Position numbers and translations under genes: made by a program. From NCBI GenBank assembly GCA_963754945.1, contig CAVWIG010000018.1:96001-160000 (forward strand): a stretch of 64,000 nt of DNA. Direction: 5' to 3'. The notes beneath the pieces are model-generated. The model saw only the letters and a list, made by a program, of their open reading frames with translations. It did not search any database and was not told the DNA's origin. Of the stretch, positions 49,373 to 61,284 are shown piece by piece. The stretch is from Methanotrichaceae archaeon (GTDB taxonomy: Archaea > Halobacteriota > Methanosarcinia > Methanotrichales > Methanotrichaceae). Within the stretch, counting starts at the first letter, position 1. Each line of letters starts with the position of its first letter.

Positions 49373-51457
49373 CTACCAGATCACCGGCCTCTCACTCTCT
49401 GGCCTGTAGAGTTTATCCCCCGGCTTTACTCCCGGGAACGCCTTGTAAAACTCGGGCACGTTGAAGACCACGCCGTCGACCCTGAATTTGGCGGGCGAGT
49501 GGGTATCGGTCAGTGCTCGCGTCCTCAGGGATTCGTTCTTGTCCGATTCCCTCCAGATCTGGGCGAAGCTTAAGAAGAACCTCTGATCTCCAGTGAATCC
49601 ATCGATCATCTCTGGCTCCCCTTTCAGTGAGAGCTTATAGGCCCGGTAGGCCATGGTCAATCCGCCGAAGTCTGCTATGTTCTCCTGTAGGGTCAGGTTG
49701 CCGTTGACGTGCAGGCCGGGCAGGACCTCGAACCTGTTGTACTCGTCCACCAAAACCCCCGTGCTCTTGTTGAAGTTATCGGCGTCCTTTGACGTCCACC
49801 AATCCGTCAAATTTCCGCTGGCATCGAACTTCCTGCCCTGGCTATCGAAGTTGTGAGTCATCTCGTGTCCTATAATGACACCTATGGCACCGTAGTTGAC
49901 TGCGTCATCGGCGTCCTTGTTGAAGAAGGGTGGCTGAAGAATGCCTGCCGGGAAGACCATTAGGACTTTGTTATAGTCCGCATAGGCGTTAGTCTCCTGG
50001 GGGTTCATCTCCCATAGCTTGCGATCTACGGGCTTGCCTATCCTGTCCAGGCCGATGGGACCGTGGTGGAACTGGAATTTAGAGGCCGCCAGGACATTCA
50101 TGACGTACGAATCGTTCTTCACTTCGAGCTTTGAATAATTCAGCCATTCATCGGGGTAGCCTACCTGGACATCCAGGACCTCAAGCTTCATGAGGGCTTT
50201 CTTCTTGGTTTCAGGCTCCATCCATGTCAGGTTTTGAATTCTCTCCCTGAAGGCCTTCTTTAGGTTGGATACCATCTCCTGCATCCTGGCCTTGGAGCCT
50301 GGGTCGAAATAACTGTCCACGTAGACACTTCCAATGGCTTCACCTATGGCCCCGTACTCTGCATCGAGGACCCTCTTCCAGCGGGGCTTCATCTCCTGCT
50401 GGCCATTGAGCTTTCTCCCATAGAAGTCAAAGTGCTCCCCCTCCAAGTCGGAGCTGAGATAGGGGGACGCGGCTAAGATCAGCTTCCAGCGCAGGAAGGT
50501 CTTCCAGTCAGCTATGCTCTCGTCCGCCAGGGCGGTGCTCAGCTCCTTGAAGAAGGACGGGTTTCTGACGTTCACCTCGGATACGTCCGGGCGACCAAAG
50601 GCGCTGAAGAGACGAGACCAGTTCATGCCCGGGGCAAAGGCCTGGAGCTCCTCAGGGCTCATCTTGTTATACGTTTTGACCTCATCGTTGTCGGCCACGT
50701 TGGTGAAGGATGCGTTGGCCAGGCGAGTCTCTATCGTCATAACGGTCCTGGCATTATTCTCAGCGACTTTTTGGCTATCGCCGAGGAAGACGAACATCTT
50801 GGCAACGTGAGTCAGGTACTGTTCTCTGGTCTTGATAGATTCGTTGTCCTGCCTGAGATAGAAGTCTCTTTCCGGAAGGCCTAGACCTCCCTGAGTGAGG
50901 GTGGCTATCATGACCTTGCTGTTCTTCTTGTCTGGTGCAGCGTACATGGAGAAGAAGGGGTCCATGCCATAGTCCATCATTTGCGTCGATACGGCCTGGA
51001 CTTCGGAGCTGTTGGAGATATTGTCTATCATCTTTAGCTCGTCTTTGATGGGATCCAGACGCTGCTTTTCCAGGGTGGAATTATTCATTCCCACGCGGTA
51101 GAACTCGCCGATCTTCTGGTCGAGGCTTCCCTTAGGGGCGGAGGTGTTGTTGGCTGCGCTCCCAACAATTGTTTTGACGCTGTCGTAGGTTCTGTCATCT
51201 ACTATCTGGAACTCTCCGTATCGGGATTTGTCCGCGGGCACGGGGTGGCTATTTATCCAAGCTCCATCAACATATTCATAGAAGTCATCTCCGGGTTTTA
51301 CTGAGAGGTTCATGCTCCCAGGGTCGAAGGCCTTCTCGTGGCCTGAGGTGCTCGTGTTAACAATCGCGGCTTCAGAAGAACCAAAAGCTACGAGGGTTAA
51401 AGCGATAGTTAGTGCGATGCCAAAAGCGAATAGACATACTACTCCCTTCCTCTTCAT
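49373..51457 (-). CDS. exported M13 (neprilysin/PepO-like) metallopeptidase
   Basis: Signal peptide, PGDDFY, NAY, HEMTH, ENIADFGG, HSP. Confidence 0.94.
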   Translation of the reverse strand: MKRKGVVCLFAFGIALTIALTLVAFGSSEAAIVNTSTSGHEKAFDPGSMNLSVKPGDDFYEYVDGAWINSHPVPADKSRYGEFQIVDDRTYDSVKTIVGSAANNTSAPKGSLDQKIGEFYRVGMNNSTLEKQRLDPIKDELKMIDNISNSSEVQAVSTQMMDYGMDPFFSMYAAPDKKNSKVMIATLTQGGLGLPERDFYLRQDNESIKTREQYLTHVAKMFVFLGDSQKVAENNARTVMTIETRLANASFTNVADNDEVKTYNKMSPEELQAFAPGMNWSRLFSAFGRPDVSEVNVRNPSFFKELSTALADESIADWKTFLRWKLILAASPYLSSDLEGEHFDFYGRKLNGQQEMKPRWKRVLDAEYGAIGEAIGSVYVDSYFDPGSKARMQEMVSNLKKAFRERIQNLTWMEPETKKKALMKLEVLDVQVGYPDEWLNYSKLEVKNDSYVMNVLAASKFQFHHGPIGLDRIGKPVDRKLWEMNPQETNAYADYNKVLMVFPAGILQPPFFNKDADDAVNYGAIGVIIGHEMTHNFDSQGRKFDASGNLTDWWTSKDADNFNKSTGVLVDEYNRFEVLPGLHVNGNLTLQENIADFGGLTMAYRAYKLSLKGEPEMIDGFTGDQRFFLSFAQIWRESDKNESLRTRALTDTHSPAKFRVDGVVFNVPEFYKAFPGVKPGDKLYRPESERPVIW

Positions 51458-51726
51458 GTCTCCTCAACTCCTATGAAGCTAAGGAACCTCTTACACTGCA
51501 TATAAAGGTTGCTTATTGTATGTGGTTAGTCCTCCGAGAAACACTCTATTGACAAGACGATCCGTACAAATATACATACTCATAGGAACTGGGATTGGCC
51601 TTTGTATCCCAGCTCCTTGGCTTTGACCAATGCGACGCAGGATTCACTTTTTCTTTACATCCTGAAGCGATCAAAACCCTTCGCCACTTTGTCTTAGTTT
51701 AACGTAGTCCTGCACTTTATACAGAT

Positions 51727-52815
51727 TAGGACTTACGCAGTTGAATCTTTCGACAATGAATAATAAGGATATTTTATATATTCGCGAATTGACTCGCGAA
51801 TAATTCTTCGCTTAGATTCGAACCAACTTATTCCTATTCTAAGCCTTTCTACTTCTAATCTGAGAAACGCTCTCAGGGAGAACATTATGTGTGCTCTCTG
51901 GGACTGACTTTTTCTTGCTTGACAGCTTTCGACTCCACAGAATTGCTTTATGCCTCTGTGATATTCCTCAATCTTCCAGGAATATCCACCAAATTTTTCG
52001 CGTTTAGCTTCGTCTATCTCCAGCACGTCAGTTGCCCAGTATCCTATGTCACCGTCATTAGAGACTATCCGGAATACTTTTATAAAACCATAAGCTTTTA
52101 AATGCACTTCCCTGCCTTGCAGCGGTATCTCTATCTCCTGAATTTGCATATTTTTGGTGTTATTCGGATTCACTAGCCTATTTTTCTTCAATCGGGTCAG
52201 CCAGTGCCATCCAGACTTTCGTATGGTTTTGAGATTATCTACACTGGCATACCAGCTATCGAAGAGAACAATACAGGGCTGAAAACGCCGTTCTTTTGCT
52301 TTGGCAAGCATATCTCGAAAATGATCATTTTTTGTCTTGCCGTCGACATCTATATCGTAGATTCGGAAATCAACGGGAATTATAGCGTTTCCATCTGTCC
52401 ACAGCAACGTACAAATATTGATTCCATTCACCAATCGATGCTGTTTTCCACTCCATTGATGATAGACTAGGCTCATATTTTTAGCATATGGCTTGTCCAA
52501 CGTCGTATCGTCAATAACCAAGAAACCATTTTGAGGCTGAACAATATCCTTTACCTCATTCCACAACGTATCCGTATCTGGAGGCTGTCTTTGTAGAAGA
52601 CGGGTAAATGCATCATGCGATGGACTATTTTCTCCTACTGGCTGGCACCTTGCAGCCTCAGTACAGGTAAAAACATCTACTGATGCTATCAGAAAGTGAA
52701 TATAATCAAGATCATCGCACTTGGAAGGATTCAAGTTCAGCCCTATCCCATTTATTTGTTGGTATTAATATAGCATATGCAATATAAGAAGATTCTGCCA
52801 AGTGCGTAAGTCCTA
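51727..52815 (-). mobile_element. IS701-family element copy 2 (transposase 51733-52734)
   Basis: TIR TAGGACTTACGCA, TSD CAGAT; slightly diverged from copy 1. Confidence 0.92.
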
Positions 52816-52824
52816 CAGATAAGA

Positions 52825-54234
52825 GAGAGTTTCGAAAAACTAATCAATCGAAATACTTATATACTATTAATACTATAATATAATGCATGAGGACTCTCAT
52901 TGATTTTGCCATTCGAGCAGAATATGCTCGAGTAAAAGCCCTCGGAGATGATCTATCCGAGATCGGATCGTTGATCAATTGGGAGCGTTTCAGATTTTTG
53001 GAACCATTGATATACAAAAATAAAACTAGCCGCGGAGGTCGTCCGAACATTGACATCGTGATTATGGTGAAAGCTCTCGTAATTCAGCATTGGTTTGGTC
53101 TAACAGATCCAGAACTGGAGCGACAGGTTGCGGATAGGATCTCTTTTCGTATTTTCCTTGGCACCACTGAAGTAATTCCTGATTTCAGCACAGTTTGGCT
53201 ATTCCGTGAACGTTTGATTAAGTGCGACGTATACGATGATCTTTGGAATGAGCTTCAAAGGCAGCTCGATGAGATGGGGTTTACTGTAAAGAATGGCACT
53301 ATCCAGGATGCAACCTTCATAACTTCGGACCCAGGTCGGAAGAGGAACAAGAAAGACGAGCAAGGCGGGGACAAAAAGGGGTCGTGTATGTGAGCTACTG
53401 AAAAGCGCTAACAAGTGTCCAAATGGATATTTACCGGGAAATCGACCCTTAGCACCTGATTTGGGCAATGATTTTCAGCAATATTCACCCACGACCCAAA
53501 AAGGAAGGTCAAGATTCCGAAGCCACCAGTACGAGCCTGAATCAGGAGTTTGATAAAGAGCTAATTGGTATTTCAAATAATATTATTGATGACAAGGCCA
53601 AACCACAGAGACTCGAAGAAGAGCCAATAAATGAGGGAAGTTGGGCAAAAAAGGGTGTCAAATCCTTTTTCGGATATAAAGGTCATATCTCAATCGATAC
53701 CAATTACCACCTTATCAGATATTTTGAGACTACAACTGCTTCTGTACACGATAGTCAGGTAGATCTTGGAATTGAAGGGCTACCACGTTACGCCGATAAG
53801 GGATATGATGGTGCAAAAACTCGAGGATATGATGCAGCCATGAAAAAAGCTACAAGAGGTCACAAGCTTGGAATCATAGATCTTCTGAGGAATAAGAGAA
53901 TCAGTAAAACGCGATCGCACATCGAAAGATGCTTCGCTGTTATGAAGCGGGGGCATAAGGGAGCACATGTTTATGTAACAACTGTCGCAAGAGCTGGAGT
54001 AAAATTCATGATGAATTCGGTCGTTTACAACCTGGAACAGTTGAAATATTTAGTGCATAAACAAACAGCCTAGCGGAAGCTCTCTAAAAAAGCGCAAAAA
54101 TTAGAAACAACAAGGTAAATTGAAATCTAATAAGCCAATTTAGGGGTGAAATATGCTAAAAAACCACTATAAAGATTGAAAATATTAACGCAAGAATTTA
54201 AGGCTTCATTAACCAACACTAAATCGAAACCCTC
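52825..54234 (+). mobile_element. IS5-family element copy 3, transposase split by MITE
   Basis: Same TIRs, TSD AAGA. Confidence 0.92.
53380..53496. mobile_element. IS1-type MITE (117 bp)
   Basis: Ends GGTCGTG / CACGACC as in the IS1 at 38241; 8-bp TSD CAAAAAGG. Confidence 0.85.
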
Positions 54235-54291
54235 AAGAGATGAAATAAGTTAATATTCACGGACTTCAATTCATCGTGTAGGAGGGGACGA

Positions 54292-55917
54292 ATGAGATAC
54301 AACTTCCTTCTGATAGGAATCACCCTGACAATGACAATATTTGTCGCCACGCTTATTGCAAGCTGCCAGATGCAAGGCAGAACTGGCCAGAACAGTACCC
54401 CTGATTTAACGGCTAAAGAGGCCTATGACCGGCTCCTGAACACTTCCGTTGAGATGGCTTACCTCGAAACGATGATAAGCCTCTCTGATTGGGATCAGGC
54501 CATTTCAATGCCTCAGAATGCGACTGAATATCGGGCCAAGGCCCAAAGCTATCTTGTGGATCTGGAAAACAAGAAAATGATCGATCCTGAGTTCGGCAGG
54601 CTTCTCTCCATTGCCAATAATGGCAGTAATTGGTCGACAGCCGAGGCCGCCAACCTCAGGCTCTGGAATCGCGATTACAACAAGAGGATAAAATTGCCCC
54701 CAGACTTCGCAGCCCGTGAGTCAGAGATGTCTTCTCTGGCCGAGGCCGCCTGGGAGGAAGCCAGAACGAAGGACAATTACTCCATATTCCGGCCCCATCT
54801 GAAGGCAATGGTTGAGCTGGACAAAGAGAAGATCAGATATTGGGGCTATAAAGAACACCCTTATGATGCCCTCCTGGATGACTTCATGCCCGGCATGACT
54901 GTGGCCAAATGCGACAAGCTCTTTGATGCCATCAAGCCCCAGATCGTAGAGCTGATAACGAAGATAAAAGAATCCAACGCGACTGCTACAAAGAATATCT
55001 ACGGCAACGCCTCTTATCCGGAGGACAAGCAGGAGGAGTTCACGAAGAATGTAACTTCTGCCCTTGGCTACGATTACGGATCTGGGATTATGGTCAAGAC
55101 CAATAGGCACCCAGCGACTTACGGAATCGGAGCCCATGATGTCAGGACCAGCCTAAGGTATGATGTGCACAACCCGGAGGATGCCATCCTGACGGCGATT
55201 CACGAGGGAGGCCACGGCATCGCTGCCCAGAAGATTCCAGATGAGTACTACGGAATGCCAATCGGTACCGAACCGGGCATGAACATGGCCGAGGCCGAGT
55301 CGAGGCTGTTCGAGAACAACTTGGGTCGCAGCAGAGCATTCTGGGAGTACTGGTTGCCTCAGTTGAAGAAAGAGTTCAGACCCGAGATGAATAACGTCTC
55401 ACTGGATGATATGTACAGACATGTCAATAGGCTAAACATCGGCCCCATACGCACAGATGCGGACGAGGTATCCTACATTCTCCATGTCATCATCCGTTAT
55501 GAGATAGAACGCGATCTCTTCGATGGAAATATTAGCGTAGACGACCTGCCGATGATCTGGAGTCAAAAGTACAAGGAGTATTTAGGAGTGAACGTCACCG
55601 ATGACAAAAACGGCATACTTCAAGACGATCATTGGGCTGCAGGATACTTCGGCTACTTCCCGGCTTATGCCCTGGGTTCCATGAACGCAGCTCAGCTTGA
55701 GGCGACCATGAGAAGAGACCACCCAGACCTGGACAAGAGATTCGCTTCAGGCGACTTCTCCATACCCGTCTCATGGATGCAGGAGCACGTGTACATGTAT
55801 GGTGCTATCTATGATACGCCTGAGCTGATGAAGAAAGCAACAGGGAACGAGACAGAGGCTTATGATTTCCTGAACTACCTGAACAGCAAGTACAAGACGT
55901 TATACAATCTTAAGTGA
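54292..55917 (+). CDS. M32 carboxypeptidase with N-terminal signal/lipoprotein-like peptide
   Basis: HPYDALLD, HEGGH, IRTDADE, QDDHW, GYFPAYALG; hydrophobic N-terminus ending LIASC. Confidence 0.92.
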   Translation: MRYNFLLIGITLTMTIFVATLIASCQMQGRTGQNSTPDLTAKEAYDRLLNTSVEMAYLETMISLSDWDQAISMPQNATEYRAKAQSYLVDLENKKMIDPEFGRLLSIANNGSNWSTAEAANLRLWNRDYNKRIKLPPDFAARESEMSSLAEAAWEEARTKDNYSIFRPHLKAMVELDKEKIRYWGYKEHPYDALLDDFMPGMTVAKCDKLFDAIKPQIVELITKIKESNATATKNIYGNASYPEDKQEEFTKNVTSALGYDYGSGIMVKTNRHPATYGIGAHDVRTSLRYDVHNPEDAILTAIHEGGHGIAAQKIPDEYYGMPIGTEPGMNMAEAESRLFENNLGRSRAFWEYWLPQLKKEFRPEMNNVSLDDMYRHVNRLNIGPIRTDADEVSYILHVIIRYEIERDLFDGNISVDDLPMIWSQKYKEYLGVNVTDDKNGILQDDHWAAGYFGYFPAYALGSMNAAQLEATMRRDHPDLDKRFASGDFSIPVSWMQEHVYMYGAIYDTPELMKKATGNETEAYDFLNYLNSKYKTLYNLK

Positions 55918-56737
55918 CTCTATAACAATTAAGCTGGCGTCTGATGGCTTGCAGTAGTTATTAACGCCTGCAAGCTATTATATTTTTAAGTAGGATTATT
56001 TCCAACAGCTCGTATCCAAGGGGACTGCAGGAGCGGGCTTACACTTATATAATATCAAAGCGGCTGCGGCTTTAGCCTTCACCAAGCCAGAGGTATAATT
56101 GCGGGAAGATCCGAGGTTCTAGAGCAATATAAAGATGCGAAGGCATTTTGCTTAGTAAATAAGTACCGGGGAATGAGGACTTTACAAAAGCATCTGTACC
56201 TAAAAGGGACCTCGTTTCCATCTTACAGATGTTCGCACAGAACGATCGCCTGAAGATAGCCAAAGGCTTGAATTTCGGCCAATTTTATCTGAGGAGCTAA
56301 AATTCTTTAGGGTTAAAGTCGATCTCAATACAGCACACGATTCTTACGGCTGCTGGATGGACGGCGAACACGACGACTTAATATTATCGACTGCCATTGC
56401 CCTTTCGACAGCAGAGCATCGATTTAGGAGCGATGATGATCACGCAATTATCGTGAGGCTCATCCGCTCAGGTTAAGTTTACCAATATGGGGGACAGCTC
56501 CTCTTCTTCCTTCTAGGAGCCTGCCTGGGGTGGTCCTGCCTGATTTGCAGGGCCACCTTTAGATAGATGCTTTTTTGGATTTGCCTTAACATAGCGCCGG
56601 CAATTGGCGGCAACTCTGACTCAGGACGGTATTTTATAATAATATAGACGGAAGGTTGTACGCTCAAATATCATCTAACAATATAGCTATCTACCGAAAA
56701 CGGAATAAAGTACTTTGGTTATGGCTAATAAAGCGAT

Positions 56738-57326
56738 ATGACAGATGATTTTGAGATCATGGGGTCTTGGTGGTTACCAGAAAATGAAAATAGAAAAATA
56801 CCAGGTTTATTGAAATTTGTGGCTGAAAAAGAGATAGAATTGGAGCTAATGAGTTCATTCGATGAATCTCAAGAACAATTCTTCGAAAGGGAACAGCCTC
56901 AATATTTTGATATCATACTCGGAGAATCTAATGGACACAAGATAACTCTTCTCAGATCTCAAGAAAAAAACAGAAACGGGGGATCTGTAGGCGACTCAGC
57001 GTTTCGACGTTCGTCGTTCCATTGCGATTATATCATAAAAGGGATCCACTTTCTAAGCTTAGATGATATTAAATTTGCTCGAATGAGTGTCAATTTCACT
57101 TATTTAGAAGATTGGATATCCCCAAATCCGTTTGTATATGAAGAACAGGATGGTATGGATGTTATTAGGTATGTTAATCCACCGAGTCACGATATAAAAA
57201 TTGAAAAGATAAATTCGGTTATATCAATAGTATCATCTGAAACCTATTCGAATGATTTCAAGACTGTATCAATGAGTGTTCATTCAGCTTTCATAATTAA
57301 GCCAATAGCAGAATCGAAAGATCTAG
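56738..57326 (+). pseudogene. ApeA N-terminal-domain-like protein truncated by IS5
   Basis: G.WWLP.N....IPG.L.F, IILG...G.KITL, F..L.DW pattern; ORF ends in IS DNA. Confidence 0.65.
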
Positions 57327-57888
57327 GAGGGTTTCGATTTAGTGTTGGTTAATGAAGCCTTAAATTCTTGCGTTAATATTTTCAATCTTTATAGTGGTTT
57401 TTTAGCATATTTCACCCCTAAATTGGCTTATTAGATTTCAATTTACCTTGTTGTTTCTAATTTTTGCGCTTTTTTAGAGAGCTTCCGCTAGGCTGTTTGT
57501 TTATGCACTAAATATTTCAACTGTTCCAGGTTGTAAACGACCGAATTCATCATGAATTTTACTCCAGCTCTTGCGACAGTTGTTACATAAACATGTGCTC
57601 CCTTATGCCCCCGCTTCATAACAGCGAAGCATCTTTCGATGTGCGATCGCGTTTTACTGATTCTCTTATTCCTCAGAAGATCTATGATTCCAAGCTTGTG
57701 ACCTCTTGTAGCTTTTTTCATGGCTGCATCATATCCTCGAGTTTTTGCACCATCATATCCCTTATCGGCGTAACGTGGTAGCCCTTCAATTCCAAGATCT
57801 ACCTGACTATCGTGTACAGAAGCAGTTGTAGTCTCAAAATATCTGATAAGGTGGTAATTGGTATCGATTGAGATATGACCTTTATATC
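57327..57888 (-). mobile_element. IS5 copy, 3' fragment (562 bp)
   Basis: Matches the 3' part of copy 2; cut by IS256. Confidence 0.9.
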
Positions 57889-59159
57889 GGCAGTGTAACG
57901 ATTTTTCTGTACTTTGATAATAAGAATGATTATCGGCCCTGTATCCTATCCAATCTTGAGAAAAGGAGGACACAGGACCATGATACCCATAGCACTCTTG
58001 GAAGATTACCTTATCGATCAGGAAGATGGACTAAAGAAGCTTCTGACCTGGTTCTTGAACCTTGTAATGCAGCTAGAAGCGGCGCAACAGGCAGATGCAG
58101 AACCGTATCAGAGAGTCGAATCCCGAAAGGCACATAGGAATGGCTACAAGGAAAGATCTCTGAAGACGCGAGTTGGAGAGCTCCGACTCAAGAAACCTCA
58201 ATTCCGTGAAATTTCCTTCGAAACCAAGGTGTTCGACAGATTTTCGCGCGTAGAGAAGGCTTTGGTCAACGCTGTACTCGAATCGTATCTCCAGGGGGTT
58301 TCAACCAGGAGAATCCAAGATATTGTCTCTCGATTTGGCATCGAGAATTTATCTGCCTCTAGCGTTTCCAGGATATCCAAAGAGCTTGACGAGAAGGTAG
58401 AAGAATTCCTGAAGAAACCTATCGAACGTCCTATTCCTTATCTTTATGTAGATGCAAGCTACTTCAAAGTAAGAACAGAATCAAGATATGTTACCAAAGC
58501 TTTCATGATCGTCACAGGTGTTAGAGATGACGGTTATCGCGAGATACTTGGCGCAAGAATAGCTGACAGTGAAGATGAACTCTTCTGGTCGGGATTATTT
58601 CAAGATCTGGCGGATCGTGGGTTGTCCGGAGTAAAGCTCGTGATATCAGATGGTCATAAGGGAATCCAGAAAGCGGTTGAGAAATCATTTCTTGGTGCTT
58701 CATGGCAAATGTGTCACGTTCACTTTTCAAGAGCGGTCTTGAGAAACGTTGCCAAGAAGTATCATAAGGAGATCGCCGATAAGATCAAGATCGCTCTGGA
58801 AGACGAAATCAAGATACAGGACTTAGCGAAAGAATTGAGGGAAAGAGGTTATGCGAAATCTGCTGACACTATCGACCGCTTCAGATTCAGTCTGTGGAAT
58901 TACAGGGCATTCCCCAGAGGTCACTGGAGAAGGATTCGGACTACAAACGGGCTGGAGAGGATCAACAAGGAGCTGAAAAGAAGATCCAGGGTAGTCGGTG
59001 CCTTCCCAAGTGAGAGCTCGTTCATGAGGTTAGGGGTTTCGATCCTCATCGATATCAACGAAGAATGGCTGACCGCTAAAAAGTATTTATCTATGGATGC
59101 TGATTGAGTATGTTGGGATACAGGGCAACTCCAAATTACAGAAATCTCGGCACACTACC
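57889..59159 (+). mobile_element. IS256-family element copy 1
   Basis: TIR GGCAGTGT..TTTTTCTGTA / TACAGAAAT..ACACTACC; YVDA, ISDGHKG, QMCHVH, TTNGLER. Confidence 0.93.
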
Positions 59160-59320
59160 CCAAGAGCTACATTTGCTGAAGTGTTGATGGTTAGACCTGG
59201 GGTATTTATTTCATTTAAAACAGCCTCGCCTTTTGCGCCACTTAGATCTACTTGCGCAATTGCTCCATAGATTAAGGCCATTGTCAAAAGGATTATGCTT
59301 CCGATCACCAGATTTCTCAT
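59160..59320 (-). pseudogene. 5' half of a small exported protein gene; 3' half at 62556-62663 (+)
   Basis: Halves rejoin in frame through shared GCTCTTGG to give 86 aa. Confidence 0.85.
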
Positions 59321-59451
59321 ATCAGTTCTCCCTGAAATCTCTCATCAAAGTAGGCCTTCATACGAATTTAGCGGATATAAAGAGATGGTACGGCTTCGAT
59401 TATATTAAAGAACCATGCCTTGCTAAGTTCTGGCTTCTACGTAGTCTTGAT

Positions 59452-59802
59452 TTACATTCCTTTCTTCAAAATCATTGTAAATCCTTTAGTGCTAGATGTT
59501 ATGTTTTGCGTCATTGATCCGTAATAGTAACTGCTTCCTATAGCCACTGAAGCACTAAAAGTATGCACGCCCAAAGTTGCCCCATTTATGTCAAAATATA
59601 AATATCCATTGTCATTTGTCGTCCCCATGTACTGATTATCTCTTGATACATCAGCATTAGAAGCCGGGGAAGTGTTTCTTATTGATCCAGCATCATTTGA
59701 GTATAGCACTCTTATAATGCCTATATCAGTATCTGCCATCGTAACGGGTATTGAGAGCAGTAAGCAACAGGCCAATACTGCAAAGGCGAGTTCATTAATC
59801 AT
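59452..59802 (-). CDS. small exported protein (Ig/prealbumin-like)
   Basis: Signal peptide; YMGTTNDNGYL motif. Confidence 0.7.
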   Translation of the reverse strand: MINELAFAVLACCLLLSIPVTMADTDIGIIRVLYSNDAGSIRNTSPASNADVSRDNQYMGTTNDNGYLYFDINGATLGVHTFSASVAIGSSYYYGSMTQNITSSTKGFTMILKKGM

Positions 59803-59858
59803 TCCTTAATTGACCCCCTGAAAGAAGCGAGGCATATCTAAAAATAAAGCATAGCCGT

Positions 59859-60269
59859 TCAAGTGTATGGCGGGTTTTGGATCAATATGGGTTGGCCTGT
59901 TTCTTGAGCGACGGCATATGGGTCCTCTAGCATATAGGGAGACGAAAGCTGGGCTTCAGTCAGATGACTAGGATTATTTTCGGGAGCATTCAAAGTTGCA
60001 TTCCCAATGATAGGAGTTGGATTGGTAACAAAGGCAGGAGTTATCAGCACGGAATTACCGTCGCCCAGTGATTCCAATTTGCCATTCATGAGTATGTGTC
60101 CTATGGGAGTTACTCCCCAGTCCCAGAGGCCTGACGAATTCGGTATTGTGTTCTTATTTCCAGAATTGTTAAGCCAGGTCTGCCCATAGTTTCCGCCAAC
60201 ATTAACCGGCAAACTTACCGATGGGATTATCAGCAGTGCAAGGCAGAGAAAAACTAGCGATGTCTTCAT
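59859..60269 (-). CDS. small exported protein
   Basis: Signal peptide from MKTSLVF; GGNYGQTWL and LWDWG..P.G motifs. Confidence 0.7.
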   Translation of the reverse strand: MKTSLVFLCLALLIIPSVSLPVNVGGNYGQTWLNNSGNKNTIPNSSGLWDWGVTPIGHILMNGKLESLGDGNSVLITPAFVTNPTPIIGNATLNAPENNPSHLTEAQLSSPYMLEDPYAVAQETGQPILIQNPPYT

Positions 60270-60935
60270 TGGAGATTCCTCACCATTTACATTTTTGGTG
60301 TTTCGAGCATTTAAAGACGTGGTATAGCTCATATAAAATCTCAAAATAGCATACTTAACTTGACTTTTCAGCTTGGTCAAACCTAAGCTGGGCAGACCTT
60401 TGATGCTGCAGAAAAAGATCTATATCCCTGGGCCAGGACTTCGGGATAGAGCATTCGGGTTTAAGGAGGCTTTACAACCTTTACAAATCTAGGTTTGCCT
60501 TAACAAGCTTCAATTCCTTCAACTTCTAGGAGTCAACCTTCAATCTCCGTACCTTCTGCATCTGGCCAAAATTTTCCAATCGATTGGATCGCAAGGTAAC
60601 AAAAACAGTGGGTAATTTTCTGGCACCCAGGAGGGTTTGTCACATTGTCACACCCTGCACTTGTCATCTCAATTTTGTCAATTCATGTCAACGAGTCATG
60701 TCCATTAATGTCCAGTTGTCCATCTTGCATAAACAGACAAATTATACAAATCTTAGACATAAAAAGAAAGCTTCTACCAAAAACCGTTATACATAGGCTT
60801 GATGATTAGAAACATATGCCCTGGGAGTCTGTTAATTGTGTTAATTTTGTGTAACAATGTAAATTCCACGATTTAGCAGAACGGCTAATCAATAAGGCAA
60901 TCTAATCAAGGCATTCCTGGAAGCATATTATATAA

Positions 60936-61284
60936 GAGAGTTTCGAAAAACTAATCAATCGAAATACTTATATACTATTAATACTATAATATAATGCATG
61001 AGGACTCTCATTGATTTTGCCATTCGAGCAGAATATGCTCGAGTAAAAGCCCTCGGAGATGATCTATCCGAGATCGGATCGTTGATCAATTGGGAGCGTT
61101 TCAGATTTTTGGAACCATTGATATACAAAAATAAAACTAGCCGCGGAGGTCGTCCGAACATTGACATCGTGATTATGGTGAAAGCTCTCGTAATTCAGCA
61201 TTGGTTTGGTCTAACAGATCCAGAACTGGAGCGACAGGTTGCGGATAGGATCTCTTTTCGTATTTTCCTTGGCACCACTGAAGT
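60936..61284 (+). mobile_element. IS5 copy, 5' fragment (349 bp)
   Basis: Matches the first 349 bp of copy 1; cut by IS256. Confidence 0.9.

Noticed and set aside
60637-60920. CRISPR array
   Set aside because: Repeats are 5-8 bp with no constant repeat-spacer period; no cas genes or array anywhere in the window.
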